Shown here one piece after another: positions 50,520 through 62,764 of a stretch of 64,000 nt of DNA. The number at the start of each line of letters is the position of its first letter. The first letter of the stretch is position 1. The position numbers and the translations under genes were made by a program. Origin of the DNA: Felis catus (Eukaryota); NCBI RefSeq assembly GCF_018350175.1, contig NC_058377.1, forward strand, positions 100,068,001 through 100,132,000. The letters are read 5' to 3'. Under the pieces are notes generated by a model. The model was not told the origin of the DNA, searched no databases, and saw nothing but the letters and a program-made list of their open reading frames with translations.

Positions 50520-50974
50520 CTATTTATTAAATTTTTAAAATGTTTATTTATTTATTTTTTTAACGTTTTATTTATTTTTGAGACAGGGAGAGACAGAGCA
50601 TGAACAGGGGAGGGTCAGAGAGAGGGAGACACAGAATCTGAAGCAGGCTCCAGGCTCTGAGCGGTCAGCACAGAGCCCGACGCGGGGCTCGAACTCACGG
50701 ACCGCGAGATCACGACCTGAGCCAAAGTCGGCTGCTCAACCGACTGAGCCACCCAGGCGCCCCTAAAATGTTTATTTTTAAGAGAGAGAGAGCGAGCGAG
50801 CGAGCGCCTGAGTGGAGGAGGGGCAGAGAGAGAGGGAGACAGTGAATCCAAAGCAAACTCCAGGCTCTGAGCTGTCAGCACAGAGCCTGACGCGGGCTTC
50901 GAACCCGCAAACTGTGCGATCATCACCTGAGCCAAAGTTGGACACTTAACTGACTGAGCTACCCAGGCGCTCCC
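50520..50974 (-). mobile_element. Two nested SINEC elements
   Basis: Bodies end at 50763 and ~50974; inner TSD TAAAATGTTTATTT. Confidence 0.92.
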
Positions 50975-51065
50975 ATTTTCATTTTATAAATAAGAAGATT
51001 GAGACTTTGAGAAGTTGTTCACAGAGGAAGGCAGAGGAAGGATTCACACCCAGATAAGCCTCCGT

Positions 51066-51292
51066 GACAGTATAGTGCGGTGAAGCCCACAGCATCTGTA
51101 TAGCAAGACTGCCTGGGTGCAAGCCCCAGCTCGGCCACTTCCTAGCTGAGCACGCTTCTGTGGGTTGCTCATATGTGTTTCACTTTCTTCCTCTGCAAAA
51201 GGGGGATGAAAACAGCAGTCTACTTCAAGGGGATAACGTGAGGATTAAACGAGCTGATATACGTAAAGCACTTAGGAACGTGCTTGGCAAAA
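51066..51292 (+). mobile_element. MIR
   Basis: GACTGCCTGGGT..CCCAGCTCGGCCACTTCCTAGCTG..GTGAGGATTAAACGAG..CGTAAAGCACTTAG. Confidence 0.8.
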
Positions 51293-51664
51293 ACTGCATG
51301 CGACCCAGGGATTTGCTCTTATCACCCCTGTCTGTGTTCTTGGCCATCACGTTTTACTCTGAAAAGGTCCCCATTTGACTCGTCACTTACAGAAGCAACT
51401 TTGCCTTCTTGAACTAAAACTGGGAGAGAGAAAAGGAGGGGGCAGCTTCCAGATCAACCCAGGAATCTTCTCCCCAGTATTTCTTATATCTTGTATATCT
51501 GGGTGTCTCTTCCTCTGACACTTAAATGTTCTCCCTTAATTCTTATCATATTGAACATCAGGTTTCCAGCAAGTTGGAAGATTTAGCTACTTTAAGGAGG
51601 CCTATGTTTCCAGGAGAGTAATAGATTGCTGGTGGGTAGGCTTAGTGTCAGTTTTTTGTTTAAA

Positions 51665-51880
51665 ATTTTTTATAAATGTTTATTTTTGAGAGAGAGAGAG
51701 AGAGAGAGAGAATAAGTGGGGGGCGAGGGGCAGAGAGAGAGGGAGACACAGAATCCGAAGCAGGCTCCAGGATCTGAACTGTCAGCACAGAGCCCTATGC
51801 GGGGCTCAAACCCACGAACCACGAGATCATGACCTAAGGCAAAGTTGGACGCTTAACTGACTGAGCCACCCAGGTGCCCC
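51665..51880 (-). mobile_element. SINEC
   Basis: Reverse SINE; TSD TTTTTGTTTAAAA. Confidence 0.92.
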
Positions 51881-51994
51881 AGGTTTTTGTTTAAAACCAG
51901 GGTAGGCATAGGCATTTTCTTACTATCACTAAGAGAAGAAAGGGTGAGTAGGAATATTCTACCTTGTAGCTGGTTAAGAGGGAGCCTCTGTTCT

Positions 51995-52270
51995 TCCTGC
52001 CCCTGGAGCTTCCTTTAATGAATAGGCAGATACTCATTACTTAATAGAATCTTCCACAGATGCTCAACAAACTTTTACTTTAAAGGAAGTCCTTCCTACA
52101 GATGCGGAAGAACTAGTAGCTTTTAACTAGAAGGATTTCACTGAGCCCAGGGAAAGCAAAACCAGAAGCATATAAAACGTGTAAAGCAAGGGGGCAAGAG
52201 TAATTTAAGTTTGGCCTCCTGGACATGATGCTGCCCACAGCACGGGTTCTGAGTGGGAGGGGTGAGCAGG
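51995..52270 (+). promoter_or_regulatory. Candidate OR4C3 promoter and first exon
   Basis: EBF-like CCCCTGGAG (52000) beside homeodomain-type TTTAATGA (52014). GCCCAGGGAA at 52145, TATAAAA at 52171, donor G|GTGAGC at 52262 and acceptor TCTTGACTTTATAG ending at 52824. Confidence 0.4.
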
Positions 52271-52862
52271 GAAAGAACCAGGAAGTCGGGGAGGTCTTCA
52301 GCTGCAGCCTATCAGCTTGTCTCAGATTTGCTTCTGTTTTACATCGGTTTGTGTTGCCATCAGAAACACTGACAGAAAGTGTAGCAAGCTTCATTGAAAA
52401 GTTCAAGAAGAAAGACTGAATTCAAAGGATGTGGACTAAACATGCCGAGTTTTCAGGAGATCCTAAATGTTCATGGTTTTCTCAGGTGCCATTGCATCTA
52501 TGTGGAACCATCCTGAAAATTGTCAGAGGCATACTCTAGTGGAAAATCGAGGTCTGCCAAATGTTCAGTTTTAGCAGTAATGAAACTAATATTTAGTTGT
52601 TTTCACGTAAGAACTTAGAAATCTACTGCCCAGTGATGCAAAAGTCAACAATAGACATACGCTCATATTTTGTGGTTAACAAAGTGAATTGATACAAAAA
52701 TATTGGAATGGAAAGAGTTAAGAAGGACAAAGGGAAGCAAGTGTGTCTGAAGAAAATCTGGCAGCACCTTCCCCCACCCTGTAATTAGTTCTCTTATGGT
52801 TGTGTTTTTCTCTTGACTTTATAGGCAATACCGTACCTGCATTCTCACTGTCCTTGAGCTAT

Positions 52863-53771
52863 ATGGAAATGCCACACAATATCACAGAGTTTTTCATGCT
52901 GGGACTCTCACAGAAGCCAGAGATACAGAGAGTCCTCTTTGTGGTTTTTTTGATCATCTATGTGGTCACCGTGTGTGGCAACATGCTCATTGTGGTCACC
53001 ATTACCTCCAGTCCCACCCTGGCTTCCCCCATGTATTTTTTCTTGGCCAATCTGTCCTTTATTGATACCTGTTATTCTTCCTCTATGGCCCCTAAACTCA
53101 TTGCGGACTCCTTGTGTGAGGGGAGAGCCATCTCTTTTGAGGGTTGCATGGCTCAGCTCTTTGGGGCCCATTTCTTGGGAGGTGTTGAGATTATTCTGCT
53201 CACGGTCATGGCCTATGACCGCTACGTGGCCATCTGCAAACCTCTGCACTACACGACCACCATGACCAAGCATCTCTGTGCCCTGCTGGTGGGGGTGGCT
53301 TGGCTGGGGGGCTTCCTGCATTCACTGGTTCAGCTCCTCCTGGTCCTTCAGCTGCCCTTCTGTGGGCCTAACGTGATCAATCACTTTGTCTGCGACCTGT
53401 ACCCCTTGCTGGAGCTCGCCTGCACTGACACATATGTCATTGGCGTCCTGGTGGTGGCCAACAGTGGTGTGATCTGCCTGTTGAACTTCCTCATGCTGGC
53501 TGCCTCCTACATTGTCATCCTGCGTTCCTTGAGGTGCCACGGTGCCGAGGGGAGGCGCAAAGCCCTCTCCACCTGTGGGGCCCACTTCACTGTTGTTGCC
53601 CTGTTCTTTGTGCCTTGTATATTTACTTATATGTGGCCATCGTCTACTTGGTCCATGGACAAAAACATGGCAGTATTTTATGGTATTCTGACACCTATGC
53701 TGAATCCACTCATTTACACCCTGAGAAATGAAGACGTAAAAAATGCCATGAGAAAGCTCTTCATTCAGTAA
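52863..53771 (+). CDS. OR4C3: Olfactory receptor 4C3, 302 aa, intact
   Basis: [75 protein letters not shown] matches the recalled human OR4C3. The first ATG after the acceptor is at 52863. Confidence 0.9.
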   Translation: MEMPHNITEFFMLGLSQKPEIQRVLFVVFLIIYVVTVCGNMLIVVTITSSPTLASPMYFFLANLSFIDTCYSSSMAPKLIADSLCEGRAISFEGCMAQLFGAHFLGGVEIILLTVMAYDRYVAICKPLHYTTTMTKHLCALLVGVAWLGGFLHSLVQLLLVLQLPFCGPNVINHFVCDLYPLLELACTDTYVIGVLVVANSGVICLLNFLMLAASYIVILRSLRCHGAEGRRKALSTCGAHFTVVALFFVPCIFTYMWPSSTWSMDKNMAVFYGILTPMLNPLIYTLRNEDVKNAMRKLFIQ

Positions 53772-55100
53772 GAAACTACATGTATGTAATGAGTGGTAAA
53801 GCAGGAAGTAGAAATGACTTTATTTCTGTAAGTGTAACAAACCAAAACTCGTTCTGACTTCTGAATATCACCTTATTCCGTTATGTCTATCTGTTCATCT
53901 TCATAGGCTTTTAGGGTTTAGTCTTTTTACCTGAATTGCATAGTTTGGTTATAAAACAACGGTATAAGATGTATGTGGCATGAATCATTATTATCCCTGT
54001 TTTAGAAATGAAGAAACTTTGTCTCTTGATGTGATTGGTTAATCAAGGTTATCTGGCTGTGAGGTACCTAAGCCAATACCCCAAATCGGTTGTTTTTGGT
54101 CCATCATTCAGCTCTTTCACTAGCGATCCATGGTATATCTTTCCAGTCTGTGTGATAACGGAGCTGTAGAAACGTGAGGCAAAATACAACGTAAGGCAAA
54201 TAACTTCTTGCTTAGCTGTGGCTAGCAGTCTGTATGCATCCAGGCAGGCTTCTCTTCCTTCTTATCACCCTGTATGACATCCCTGGCATAGCTGCTGTTC
54301 TAGAAGACCTTTGCTCTGGAGACAGATCAACCTGAGTTTCTGTCCTATTTCCCGTGCTTACTTGTGGCACGACCTTGAGAAAGTGACTAAACATCTAGCA
54401 GCCTCTGATGCCTGTCTTTAAAATATAGATAATACATATCTAAAGTGTTACTGTGAGAATTAAATTAGAAAATAGATGTCAAATTCAGAATCCAGTTTCT
54501 GGCACATATTCCCACAACGTTTTATTTTATATGTTCCTCAACCTTTCCCTAATCTTCCATACAGAGGCTGCCTTCCTTCACTTTTCTATCTCTACTAGGT
54601 GTGAAAATAATGCTGTGCTTAGAGTAGATGACTTTGTTTTTGGCCAGTGATTATTTTTCCTAACTCCCTGTTTCAGATTCCAAGGGATGCTGGGGTTCTG
54701 GAATCTGAAATGTACATCCGTGTTTGCTCTGTTCTTTTCCTGGTTTTATGAACTCTGACGAGACCCTTTCTCAGGCTTCATTCTTTAAGAGTGTAGGCTC
54801 TCATAATTTCCAAAAAGTTTTTGTTTCACAGTATGTAATTCACCATGTTGCAACATACCCACTTTTTATGCTTGTACCAAAAAAGAAACTAGAAGTTAAT
54901 ATGAAAGTTTGTCTACTATAAGTATGCACAATTAGTCTCCAAGAACTGATTCAGGAGCTCATTAGGAAATAGTTACTGCTTTACCCTCAAACCTCTATGT
55001 CTCACAAAAATAACAGTTGCCGAGTTCTTGGGGAAAATAAATGTTGCCTTCTTTCATTTTGTCCCATTCTGATAGTCTAGTTAAAAAATTACGTATAATG

Positions 55101-55310
55101 AGGGGTGCCTGGGTGGCTCAGGTCTGGCTTCGGCTCAGGTCATGATTTCGTGGTTTGTGGGTTTGAGCCCCGCATTGGGTTCTGTGCTGACAGCACAAAG
55201 CTCAGAGCCTGTTTCAGATTCTGTGTCTCCCTCCCTCTCTGCCCCTCTCCTGCTCAGCTCTGTCTCTCTCTGTATCTCAACAATAAATAAATGTTAAAAA
55301 AAATTTAAAA
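55101..55310 (+). mobile_element. Can-SINE
   Basis: TSD-like AAAAA.TA.GTATAATGA. Confidence 0.88.
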
Positions 55311-55831
55311 AACTAGGTATAATGAGACCTTGAATTTTATACCTATTCATTTCTGCTGTTAAGATAATAAAAGTATGATTGAGCCTGTATTCCAATTAGC
55401 TAATAAATATGAAACCATGGTGAGGGTCACTAAAAACAGCCTATTGTTTTCTCGAATTTGCCACAATTTTATCTAAAGGAGACTTTCTAGAAAAGCATAC
55501 TTACTTCAGTTGAAATTTGATAAGCACCTTTTAGTACAGTTACCAACTAGCATAATGAACGATCCAAATGCTCCCCCCACTTTTTTTTAATCCCTCGTTT
55601 TTATTGCCTGAGTCATGATTAATAATGGCCCAACCAACTTACAAGTGCTGCTTATTTCTGAAAACATTTCAACTTGCTAGAATAAATACATGAATAAATA
55701 TCACCAGAAGTTTTCTATATGATTTCAAAATTATAACTAATCTTGTTCACAAAGGTAGCGGTGTCTCCATCTTGGAGTCTATGATAAAACCTCTTTCTCC
55801 CCAAATACATATTTATTTTAAAATTCAGAAT

Positions 55832-56064
55832 GGGGGCGCCTGGGTGGCACAGTCGGTTAAGCGTCCGACTTCAGCCAGGTCACGATCTCGCGGTCCGTGA
55901 GTTCGAGCCCCACGTCAGGCTCTGGGCTGATGGCTCAGAGCCTGGAGCCTGTTTCCGATTCTGTGTCTCCCTCTCTCTCTGCCCCTCCCCCGTTCATGCT
56001 CTGTCTCTCTCTGTCCCCAAAATAAATAAAAAACGTTGAAAAAAAAATAAAAGCATTTGCTTTA
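55832..56064 (+). mobile_element. SINEC_Fc (young) with an extra 3' segment
   Basis: TSD TAAAATTCAGAATG at 55819 and 56065. Confidence 0.93.
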
Positions 56065-56627
56065 TAAAATTCAGAATGTAGGACAACAAAGGTGAACAAT
56101 ACACACATGTGCACACACACGCGCACACACACACGTGCATGTGTAAATCCACCTATAAGACATTACCCAGTGAGAGTTGCCATCAGTGTTTTGGTAGATA
56201 TCCTGGTTGTCAGCTTTTCCTCTTCCTCCACCTCCTCCCTCCAGTCTTCTATTAACTTGGTTAAGCCTCTGCCATCCTAAAGCGTACCCTCTGGGGCTAA
56301 ATGATTCTTTGTTCACTTATAAGGCATCTTAAACTTTTCAGATCCTTGGTTTCCATGTCCAAGAATAAGCATTTTAATCCTTAGTGCATGCCCTTGTGAA
56401 AACCATGTGCGTGAAGACCACAGCACCTGACAGGTTGATAAGCCTCTAATAAATGATGGTGCCCCTGCCAGCGGGGAGCAGAAGAAGAAAGGCTGGAGCT
56501 AGCATAAGCTTCCAAATTTTAAGTACTGTTGAAAATATCCATGTGGTGTCAAAACAGAACTGCATGTGAGATTTTATTCCACAGCTTATTGTTAGTACTG
56601 GCAAGCTACTTAAAAAAGTAGTGTTTT

Positions 56628-56840
56628 GGGGGCACCTGGGTGGTTCAGTCGGTTGAGTGTCCGACTTTGGCTCAGGTCATGATCTCAGAGTCTGTGAGTT
56701 CGAGCCCCGCAGTGGGCTCTGTGCTGATGGCTCAGAGCCTGGAGCCTGCTTCCGATTCTGTGTCTCCCTCTCTCTCTGCCCCTTCCCTGCTCATACTCTG
56801 TCTCTCTCTGTCTCAAAAATAAATAAAAACATTAAGAAAC
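56628..56840 (+). mobile_element. SINEC inserted at the 5' boundary of the next SINE
   Basis: TSD AAAAAGTAGT(G/A)TTTTGGGG. Confidence 0.92.
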
Positions 56841-56855
56841 AAAAAGTAGTATTTT

Positions 56856-57065
56856 GGGGCCCTTGGGTGGCTCAGTTGGTTGAGCGTTCACTCTTGATTT
56901 TGGCTCCAACCCTTTGTTTCCTAATTCATGAAACGGGGATTTCAGGTCATGATCTCATGGTTTGTGAGTTCAAGCCCTGCCACAGAGCCTGCTTAGGATT
57001 CTCTTTCACTCTCTCTCTCTCTCAAAATAGACAAAATAAAAATAACAATCATAATAAAAAGTAAA
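56856..57065 (+). mobile_element. Can-SINE with a ~37-bp internal foreign insertion
   Basis: SINE head interrupted at 56907-56943. Confidence 0.85.
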
Positions 57066-57919
57066 AAGTAACAGGTAAAATTAATTAAAAAATAGTTTGT
57101 CACCTCTTGAACTTTCTTCCCTCAGTGAAGTTTTTCTTTTTTAATAGATGACAGCAGGATGAGTACATATTCATATCAAACATATTTACTATATTTTTTT
57201 TAATTCCAGAATAGGGAGTTGGTGGTGGGCTAGCTTCTAGTGTCCAGAGATCCTCACAGGTCCCGTTAGTTTCCTTGCTGGGATGGTAACTCACCATTAT
57301 GCTGTCCCTACTCATAAGTGGATGCCATTTATGACTTATTTTGAAGTTTAACGTGGGGCTGGGGCTGAAGTACAGATGTTTGGTCGTCCTGTGATCATGG
57401 TTGGTGAATGAAAGTGGCGGTGTTCTTGGGCTCTGGTGAGCAACTGTAGTCCCTGGCACACTTTCTGTGCTGGTGACATCTCTGAAGGCTGTAACCGTGT
57501 CTGAGCAATTTCACTAATTTTCAGCTGGCTCTTTTTTTTTTTTCAACCGAAATCATTTAATGCTTACAATTTAAGAAAGTATGTAATGTTTGTTGTCCAT
57601 TATACAGGCCAAAAAAATCAGTAGAGAGATGAAGTAACTTGCTTCCATTTACAAGGCTAATTAACGCAGCAGACAAGATGAGAAATCAAGCCTATTTGAT
57701 CTAAAGCTCTTAATCTTTGATTTCAAAGCATCTGACTATTTCTGAATCTCTCTTAGAATTTCATTATGTACATGTTATGAATTCTTTTCTATAATCTGGA
57801 TCTGTGGTCATTGTTGTTCTGTTTCGCTACACAAAGTTGGTTCATATATCACTGGTAATTTCCTGCCACAGCTGTTCAAAGTCATTGTTTCCTTTGTCCA
57901 CATCTAAAACACAACTTTA

Positions 57920-58112
57920 GGGGCACCTGGGTGGCTCAGTCAGTTAAGTGTCTGACTTTGGCTCAGGTCATGATCTCAGAGTTCATGGGTTCGAGCCCCG
58001 CGTCGGGCTCTGCACTGACAGCTCCGAGCCTGGATCCTACTTCAGATTCTGTATCTCCCTCTTTCTCTTCCCTTCCTTCACTGGTGCTCTCTCTCTAAAT
58101 TAAACATTAAAA
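57920..58112 (+). mobile_element. Can-SINE
   Basis: Head and tail present; TSD-like AAAACACA..ACTTTA. Confidence 0.9.
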
Positions 58113-58534
58113 AACACATGACTTTAATGTACAGGTAATTTCTGCCTTAACTCTACAGACTTGATCAATTATATTTCTTTTGCACCAGCCAATTTTTCCT
58201 CCAATTGTTTCTGCAGACAATTGTATATTACAGAAAATGGTGGCAATGTAATTTCTAAAAAAGTACCTTTGTGTGCCAGTATTCTCTTCTTGGGATTGTG
58301 CTAAGTAAAGAGATTTTTATCGCTGTGGTGAGAGAACATTTCTGAACCTCTTAAATTTACTACGATAAGAAAAAGTATACTTGGATGAAAGTACTTGAAG
58401 ACTCCCTGCTGTTGAATACTTTTTTTCACATGCAGTTTCTTTTTGTCTTTTAAACTAAAACTTCATTCTAGCTGTAGCACTGGGTGTAAAGAGTGTTCAG
58501 GACTATTGACACTGATCCGTTTCACACCTCCAAT

Positions 58535-58783
58535 CAGGGCAACATTATGACTTCTGTGGCCTGCTGGTAATTTTGTCCTCATGAGCCCTCCTCCTCCATT
58601 AACAATTTTAAAAATTATATTTTATAACTGCATTGATATAAAGATGACTATAGTCCAAGTTGGATTTGGATTACATTCATTGTTTCCTTATTTTAAAAGA
58701 AATTGAACATTTCAAGGGCTCCTAACATTATTGTAGGCCCTAGGCACCATGCCTACTGTGTCTTAATGGGTATGTCGACCCTG
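58535..58783. mobile_element. Non-autonomous hAT-type DNA transposon relic just downstream of OR4C45
   Basis: Terminal inverted CAGGG...CCCTG, internal GGCCCTAGGCAC motif and AT-rich core. Subfamily not assigned. Confidence 0.6.
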
Positions 58784-58938
58784 CCCACGACATACGTGCT
58801 CCTGAAGAAATCTGATCCAGGCAGCAAAATTGACTGCCCCGAGTTTGATCAGGGAAAGAAATCTCTATTTATTTAAGAAGGGAATAAATGTCTATAAATC
58901 ACCACTAGATATTTTTAGGTAAAGACTAATCACAAACT

Positions 58939-59868
58939 TCATTTATCACTGTTTTTCATTGTTTGCCCCCAGAGTTTCTTCATGACATTTTTCACTTCTG
59001 CATTTCTGAGGGTGTAGATTAAAGGGTTCAGCATGGGAGAGACTATCGTACAAAACACAGTCACAGCTTTGTCAGAGGGGAAGGAGGTCACGGGTCTCAG
59101 GTACAGGAAGGAACAAGGTACAAAGAATAAGATGACAACGGTGACATGAGAGGCACAGGTAGACAGGGCTTTGCGACGCCCTTCAGAGCTATGAGTCCTC
59201 AGTGAGTGCAGGATGACAACATAAGAAGCAACCAGCATAGAAAAAATGAGCGAACACAGCGATCCACTGTTGGCAGCAATCAGGGGCCCCAAAGTGCGAG
59301 TGTCTGTACAGGCTAGCTCCAGGAGAGGTATTAAATCACACATAAAATGGTCAATAACATTGGGGCCACAGAACGGTAACTGGACCATGAACAAAATCTG
59401 GATTCCTCCATGAAGAAAGCCTAAAATCCCAGCCATTGCCACGAAGAAACGACAGACAGGTCGTCTCATGATGGTCATGTAATGCAAGGGCTTACAGATG
59501 GCTACATAGCGGTCATAGGCCATGACAATTAACAAGACGATCTCAGCTCCAGCGAAGAAATGTTCTGCAAAGAGCTGAGTCATGCAGCCATTGAAGGAGA
59601 TGGTGTTCTTCTCAGAGATCAGGTCATAGATCATTTTGGGTGTTATGGAAGAAGAGTAGAAACCATCTATAATAGACAAGTAGGACAGGAAAAAGTACAT
59701 GGGAGAACCCAGGGCTGGGCTGATGAAGATGGTGACGGAGATGAGCAGGTTACCTGCCAGTGTGATCAAGTAGGTGATTAACAACACAGCAAATAAGAAT
59801 TTCTGCAGTTCTGGATTCTGGGTCAAGCCCAGCAAAATGAATTCTGTTACATTGCTCATCCTTTCCAT
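58939..59868 (-). CDS. OR4C45: Olfactory receptor 4C45-like, 309 aa (320 aa if the ATG at 59901 is used), intact
   Basis: [36 protein letters not shown]; [15 protein letters not shown]; [13 protein letters not shown]; DKAVTVFCT; [12 protein letters not shown]. Matches the recalled human OR4C45. Acceptor CTCTCCAG lies immediately before 59901. Confidence 0.88.
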   Translation of the reverse strand: MERMSNVTEFILLGLTQNPELQKFLFAVLLITYLITLAGNLLISVTIFISPALGSPMYFFLSYLSIIDGFYSSSITPKMIYDLISEKNTISFNGCMTQLFAEHFFAGAEIVLLIVMAYDRYVAICKPLHYMTIMRRPVCRFFVAMAGILGFLHGGIQILFMVQLPFCGPNVIDHFMCDLIPLLELACTDTRTLGPLIAANSGSLCSLIFSMLVASYVVILHSLRTHSSEGRRKALSTCASHVTVVILFFVPCSFLYLRPVTSFPSDKAVTVFCTIVSPMLNPLIYTLRNAEVKNVMKKLWGQTMKNSDK

Positions 59869-60602
59869 GGATTCAGCTTGGGTTGTGAGCACATGGTCCA
59901 TCTGGAGAGATCACAGAGTTTCTGAGTAATATTTTTAATTCAACACTAAAAGTTTCCATCACCTCTGTAGTCCTGGCCTCTGGGATTGATGGAACCACAG
60001 CTTCCACTCACCTCTGCCACTTCGGAGACAGTTATAAAGAAGATTAGAAAGAGGTTAGATTTCTCTTATTCATATAAATTGAATATTAACAATATGTTAC
60101 AAACACCAGAATAAAAGCAAAGTGTTAATATGTATGTTGACTATGATGGACTTCCAAACTCTCTTTCTGGCTCTAAACCCTCACAGGTGGCTTTCTTTTG
60201 CTGTTTTTGGGACAATGTTTGTCAATAACAATGATTTTGAAGTTACATTTGCCCACTGGCATGAATATTTATAGATATATGGACACAATATTCTTTAAAA
60301 AGTCAACTGTATTCAGATAGGAAAGTGCCAAGCCTTACTATATCTATACCAGCAGTGTTCTTTGAGGTATGATTCCTTTCTGCCAAATGAATGCACGTAC
60401 ACACAGAGAGCTGCAGATGGGGTTTTCCCTCTTCAAAATGCCAAGGAACTGTCTGCATAACAGCTCATTGAGCAGCATTTCCTCAGTAGCCCTGGATGTT
60501 GTATCTGGCTCCAAATGGCTATTACACAGTCACTCTTCCCACATCTTTGGATATACATATACAATTGGTACAAAGTTCCCTTCAAAGTTCTCAATATTTC
60601 TT

Positions 60603-60811
60603 GGGGCGCCTGGGTGGCTCAGTCGGTTGGGCGGCCGACTTCGGCTCAGGTGATGATCTCGCGGTCCGTGAGTTCAAGCCCCGCGTCGGGCTCTGTGCTG
60701 ACAGCTCAGAGCCTGGAGCCTGTTTCAGATTCTGTGTCTCCCTTTCTCTGCCCCTCCCCCGTTCATGCTCTGTCTCTCTCTGTCTCAAAAATAAATAAAC
60801 GTTAAAAAAAA
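60603..60811 (+). mobile_element. SINEC_Fc
   Basis: 19-bp TSD AAAGTTCTCAATATTTCTT at 60584 and 60812. Confidence 0.95.
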
Positions 60812-62090
60812 AAAGTTCTCAATATTTCTTAAATGGATTTTCTGTGTAACTGGTCTTTCATTACATAAAAAAATGAGGCTCTGGATTAGATATATAATAC
60901 CACTCACATTTTACAAATGGAATTAGATGAGTCATAAAGTTTCCCTGGATTTCCTATTGATGAGACGGAAATGTTAACGTCGTCTAAGATAATACAATTT
61001 TTTTCTTTAGGCATAAGTTTAATCAATTAAGATAAATTTGAAATTTTCACTGCTAATTGGTGGAAAAAGTGGAATATATACAAGAATATATTCTTTTTTT
61101 TAAAAAATGATCTGTACGTGGATTTTCAAAAGTGATTACATGTTACAAAAGATCACAGGATATCTTATTCCTTCTCCCCCTCTTTTTCTCCTTTCTCAAA
61201 TCCCTGCCAAAAAACATAACCTATTTTTCCTCAAAACTATCTGGACACAGAAACCAGCATCATGATCATTCAGCTTCAATAAAGGTGAGGAAGGATATCT
61301 TTATCTTTAGTTTTACAGAACGCTGTCTCTTTAGTTGTTTCGTCTCTACCCAGGGCTCCTATAGGTGGTAACTATGTGCTTAATCATTCTTAATTTAATT
61401 CACAAATTCTAACTTCAATGTGGCAACATGGAAGTCATGAAAAGGGGAAACAATTTCAAATAATCACATATAAAACCTACCGAAGCAATCTATTTCTACA
61501 TACACGTTGACCACAATGTTGTTACAGTGACCTTAGGAGTTCTCAAAAGCGCCTCGTCTGGCAGCATCACAGATCGTGTTTTCTACTGCTATTTTCATGT
61601 TATCAAGCGCAAATTCATTTTTAGAGAATAAGATTACCTTCAATTCAAAGAATCTAATTGTAAAACCTATTCAGTGAAAATAATTTGGCTTAATTAAGTT
61701 AACTCTCAAAATTTGGGGAAAAAGATTTAGTTATTACTGACCTGGATCTAGTTGAGTGTGAATTCCAGTTTTTAGATTGAACTCAGTCATTGTTTTCTTC
61801 CCCTGGGGGCATAGCCCCCCAGCTGCAAATACACTCTATAAACTAACAAGTGGGACACTGGAATTCTCTCTCTAGACAGCTCTTCCAGTCTTGGACATTT
61901 TCATTTATTTTCGTTCCCATTATCAATCTGAATTTACTCAGAAAATGAGCTGTTTGAGTTAGGAAACTGCAGTGGCTCTAGATTTAATTTCTATTCACTT
62001 TCTTGGCCTCCTGTGGAAGTATAAACACATCTCCAAAACACATAAATTTTTCAGATCTCAGAACTGTATTCAATCTATATTAAAAACAAT

Positions 62091-62304
62091 GGGGGGCGCC
62101 CGGGTGGCGCAGTCGGTTAAGCGTCCGACTTCAGCCAGGTCACGATCTCGCGGTCCGTGAGTTCGAGCCCCACGTCAGGCTTGGGCTGATGGCTCAGAGC
62201 CTGGAGCCTGTTTCCGATTCTGTGTCTCCCTCTCTCTCTGCCCCTCCCCCGTTCATGCTCTGTCTCTCTCTGTCCCAAAAATAAATAAACGTTGAAAAAA
62301 AAAA
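62091..62304 (+). mobile_element. SINEC_Fc (young)
   Basis: TSD TAAAAACAATGGG. Confidence 0.95.
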
Positions 62305-62764
62305 TAAAAACAATGGGAACAATGAAAAATTCTTCAAATCAGAAAAAGCGAGTATATGAAACTATAAAATGTATAAGTGCATCAGATCCAGTTGATTGGA
62401 TGTTGTTTTTTTCCCAAATCCTGCCAAATTTATGTTTCCCAAGAAGTCCATGAACAGTGTGGTGAGAATTCTTTCTATTCCTGATTTAAGCTCTCCTTTT
62501 AACCCTAAGTGTGGGAACAGTGTCTCCCATATAGACCTTAAGTCTATTAGTTAACGTGCTTGGCTGTTGTCATTTACTTAAATCTCCTGTAATTCTTCAT
62601 CGACTCGAGAGAAATATTTAAATAGACATTCACAACGGGCAGGATTTGGTAAGGCATTGACCTCTCAAGTCCTCAGAGGATTCGTAATTGGTCCTGTTGG
62701 AATCTTTGCTGGAAGCAAAGCATCCACAAACATCATTAGAGGCCAGTTTATTTTTGTATCTTTG

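Noticed and set aside
52800-52862. 21-residue N-terminal extension of OR4C3
   Set aside because: Non-ATG start within the polypyrimidine tract and acceptor.
11641-62160. Recurring short ORFs such as GAWVAQSV..SAQVMISRSVSSSPASGS and RERGRHRI
   Set aside because: Translations of Can-SINE copies, not a gene family.
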